Shown: positions 63,448-64,000 of the stretch, in pieces
Layout of the letters: each line of letters starts with the position of its first letter
Position numbering within the stretch: the stretch's first letter is position 1
Assembly (NCBI RefSeq): GCF_031769215.1
Contig: NW_026781917.1
Span: 1,860,001 to 1,924,000 of the forward strand
DNA length: 64,000 nucleotides
Source: Ylistrum balloti
Lineage: Eukaryota
Direction: 5' to 3'
The notes under the pieces: model-generated
Seen by the model: only the letters and a program-made list of their open reading frames with translations
Databases searched by the model: none
Told to the model about the DNA's origin: nothing
Translations under genes and position numbers: made by a program

Positions 63448-64000
63448 CTGTAATAAAAATAAAGTTACACTATTACAGACAATGACCACCTAATAGATTC
63501 TCACTTTATATCACATTCTCTTAATTTGGTTTCTTAAATACTAGTTTTTGTATTCTATATACAACTCTATCAACATCCGTGTCACACACATAAAACACCA
63601 GTTTGCTACATTTATTTTATAAGAAGCATGCAGTTGTCAAGTTTAGCTAAATATTTCTCTCTTGTATATGGTTAGTAATTTAGTTTGCTTAATATTATAG
63701 GATTCAACAAAAAACCACTTTATATCATGTTCTATTGTCAGTTACCCAGCATATCAAGATGAGAAATCACTCTACAGGTAGAAACCTTAAATTCAATGGC
63801 TACTTTTTCCTGAATGTAAAGCAATTGACTTTCAAAAACAATCAAAGTGATTTTTTCATTGATCTATCATTGGTTTATGTGAAACATGTACTGTTAAAAT
63901 CAAATTCCACTTATTATCATGTTTTGTATCTTTGAGAAGTCAAGACAACATAAGTGCCAATTACATATCTAAGCTTTTCAAGTGAGGTCATGATTGGGAG

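Noticed and set aside
1-64000. tRNA, rRNA, snRNA genes, autonomous transposase/RT ORFs, horizontally acquired bacterial DNA
   Set aside because: None recognisable by eye; a covariance-model and protein search would be needed to exclude small or decayed copies.

Overview
AT-rich, CpG-depleted, intron-rich animal genomic DNA. The repeat families suggest a bivalve mollusc (inference). There are no prokaryotic features and no CRISPR array. Two convergent spliced genes were reconstructed by hand from GT-AG boundaries with consistent phases. (1) Plus strand, 22450-43620: a complete 13-coding-exon, 671-aa secreted TGFBI/periostin-type fasciclin protein (signal peptide, Tyr/Arg-rich segment, EMI domain, four FAS1 domains). 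(2) Minus strand, about 50240-63447: the 3' part of an FCHSD2/nervous-wreck-type F-BAR plus double-SH3 gene whose 5' end lies beyond the window. The rest is intron and intergenic DNA with minisatellites and decayed non-autonomous transposon and SINE remnants. Bases 1-22 kb contain no coding gene I can support. I cannot demonstrate a new biological system from sequence alone. The best leads are: (a) tandem repeats seeded on splice sites of the fasciclin gene, including a 1-kb array with about 15 copies of the U1 snRNA 5'-end sequence ACUUACCUG ending exactly at a 3' splice site, and a 7-copy array of a 5' splice site; (b) two alternative FCHSD C-termini, each ending in a class I PDZ-binding motif; (c) a Tyr/Arg-rich, adhesive-protein-like N-terminal segment on the fasciclin protein. 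Protein family comparisons are from memory, not from a database search.
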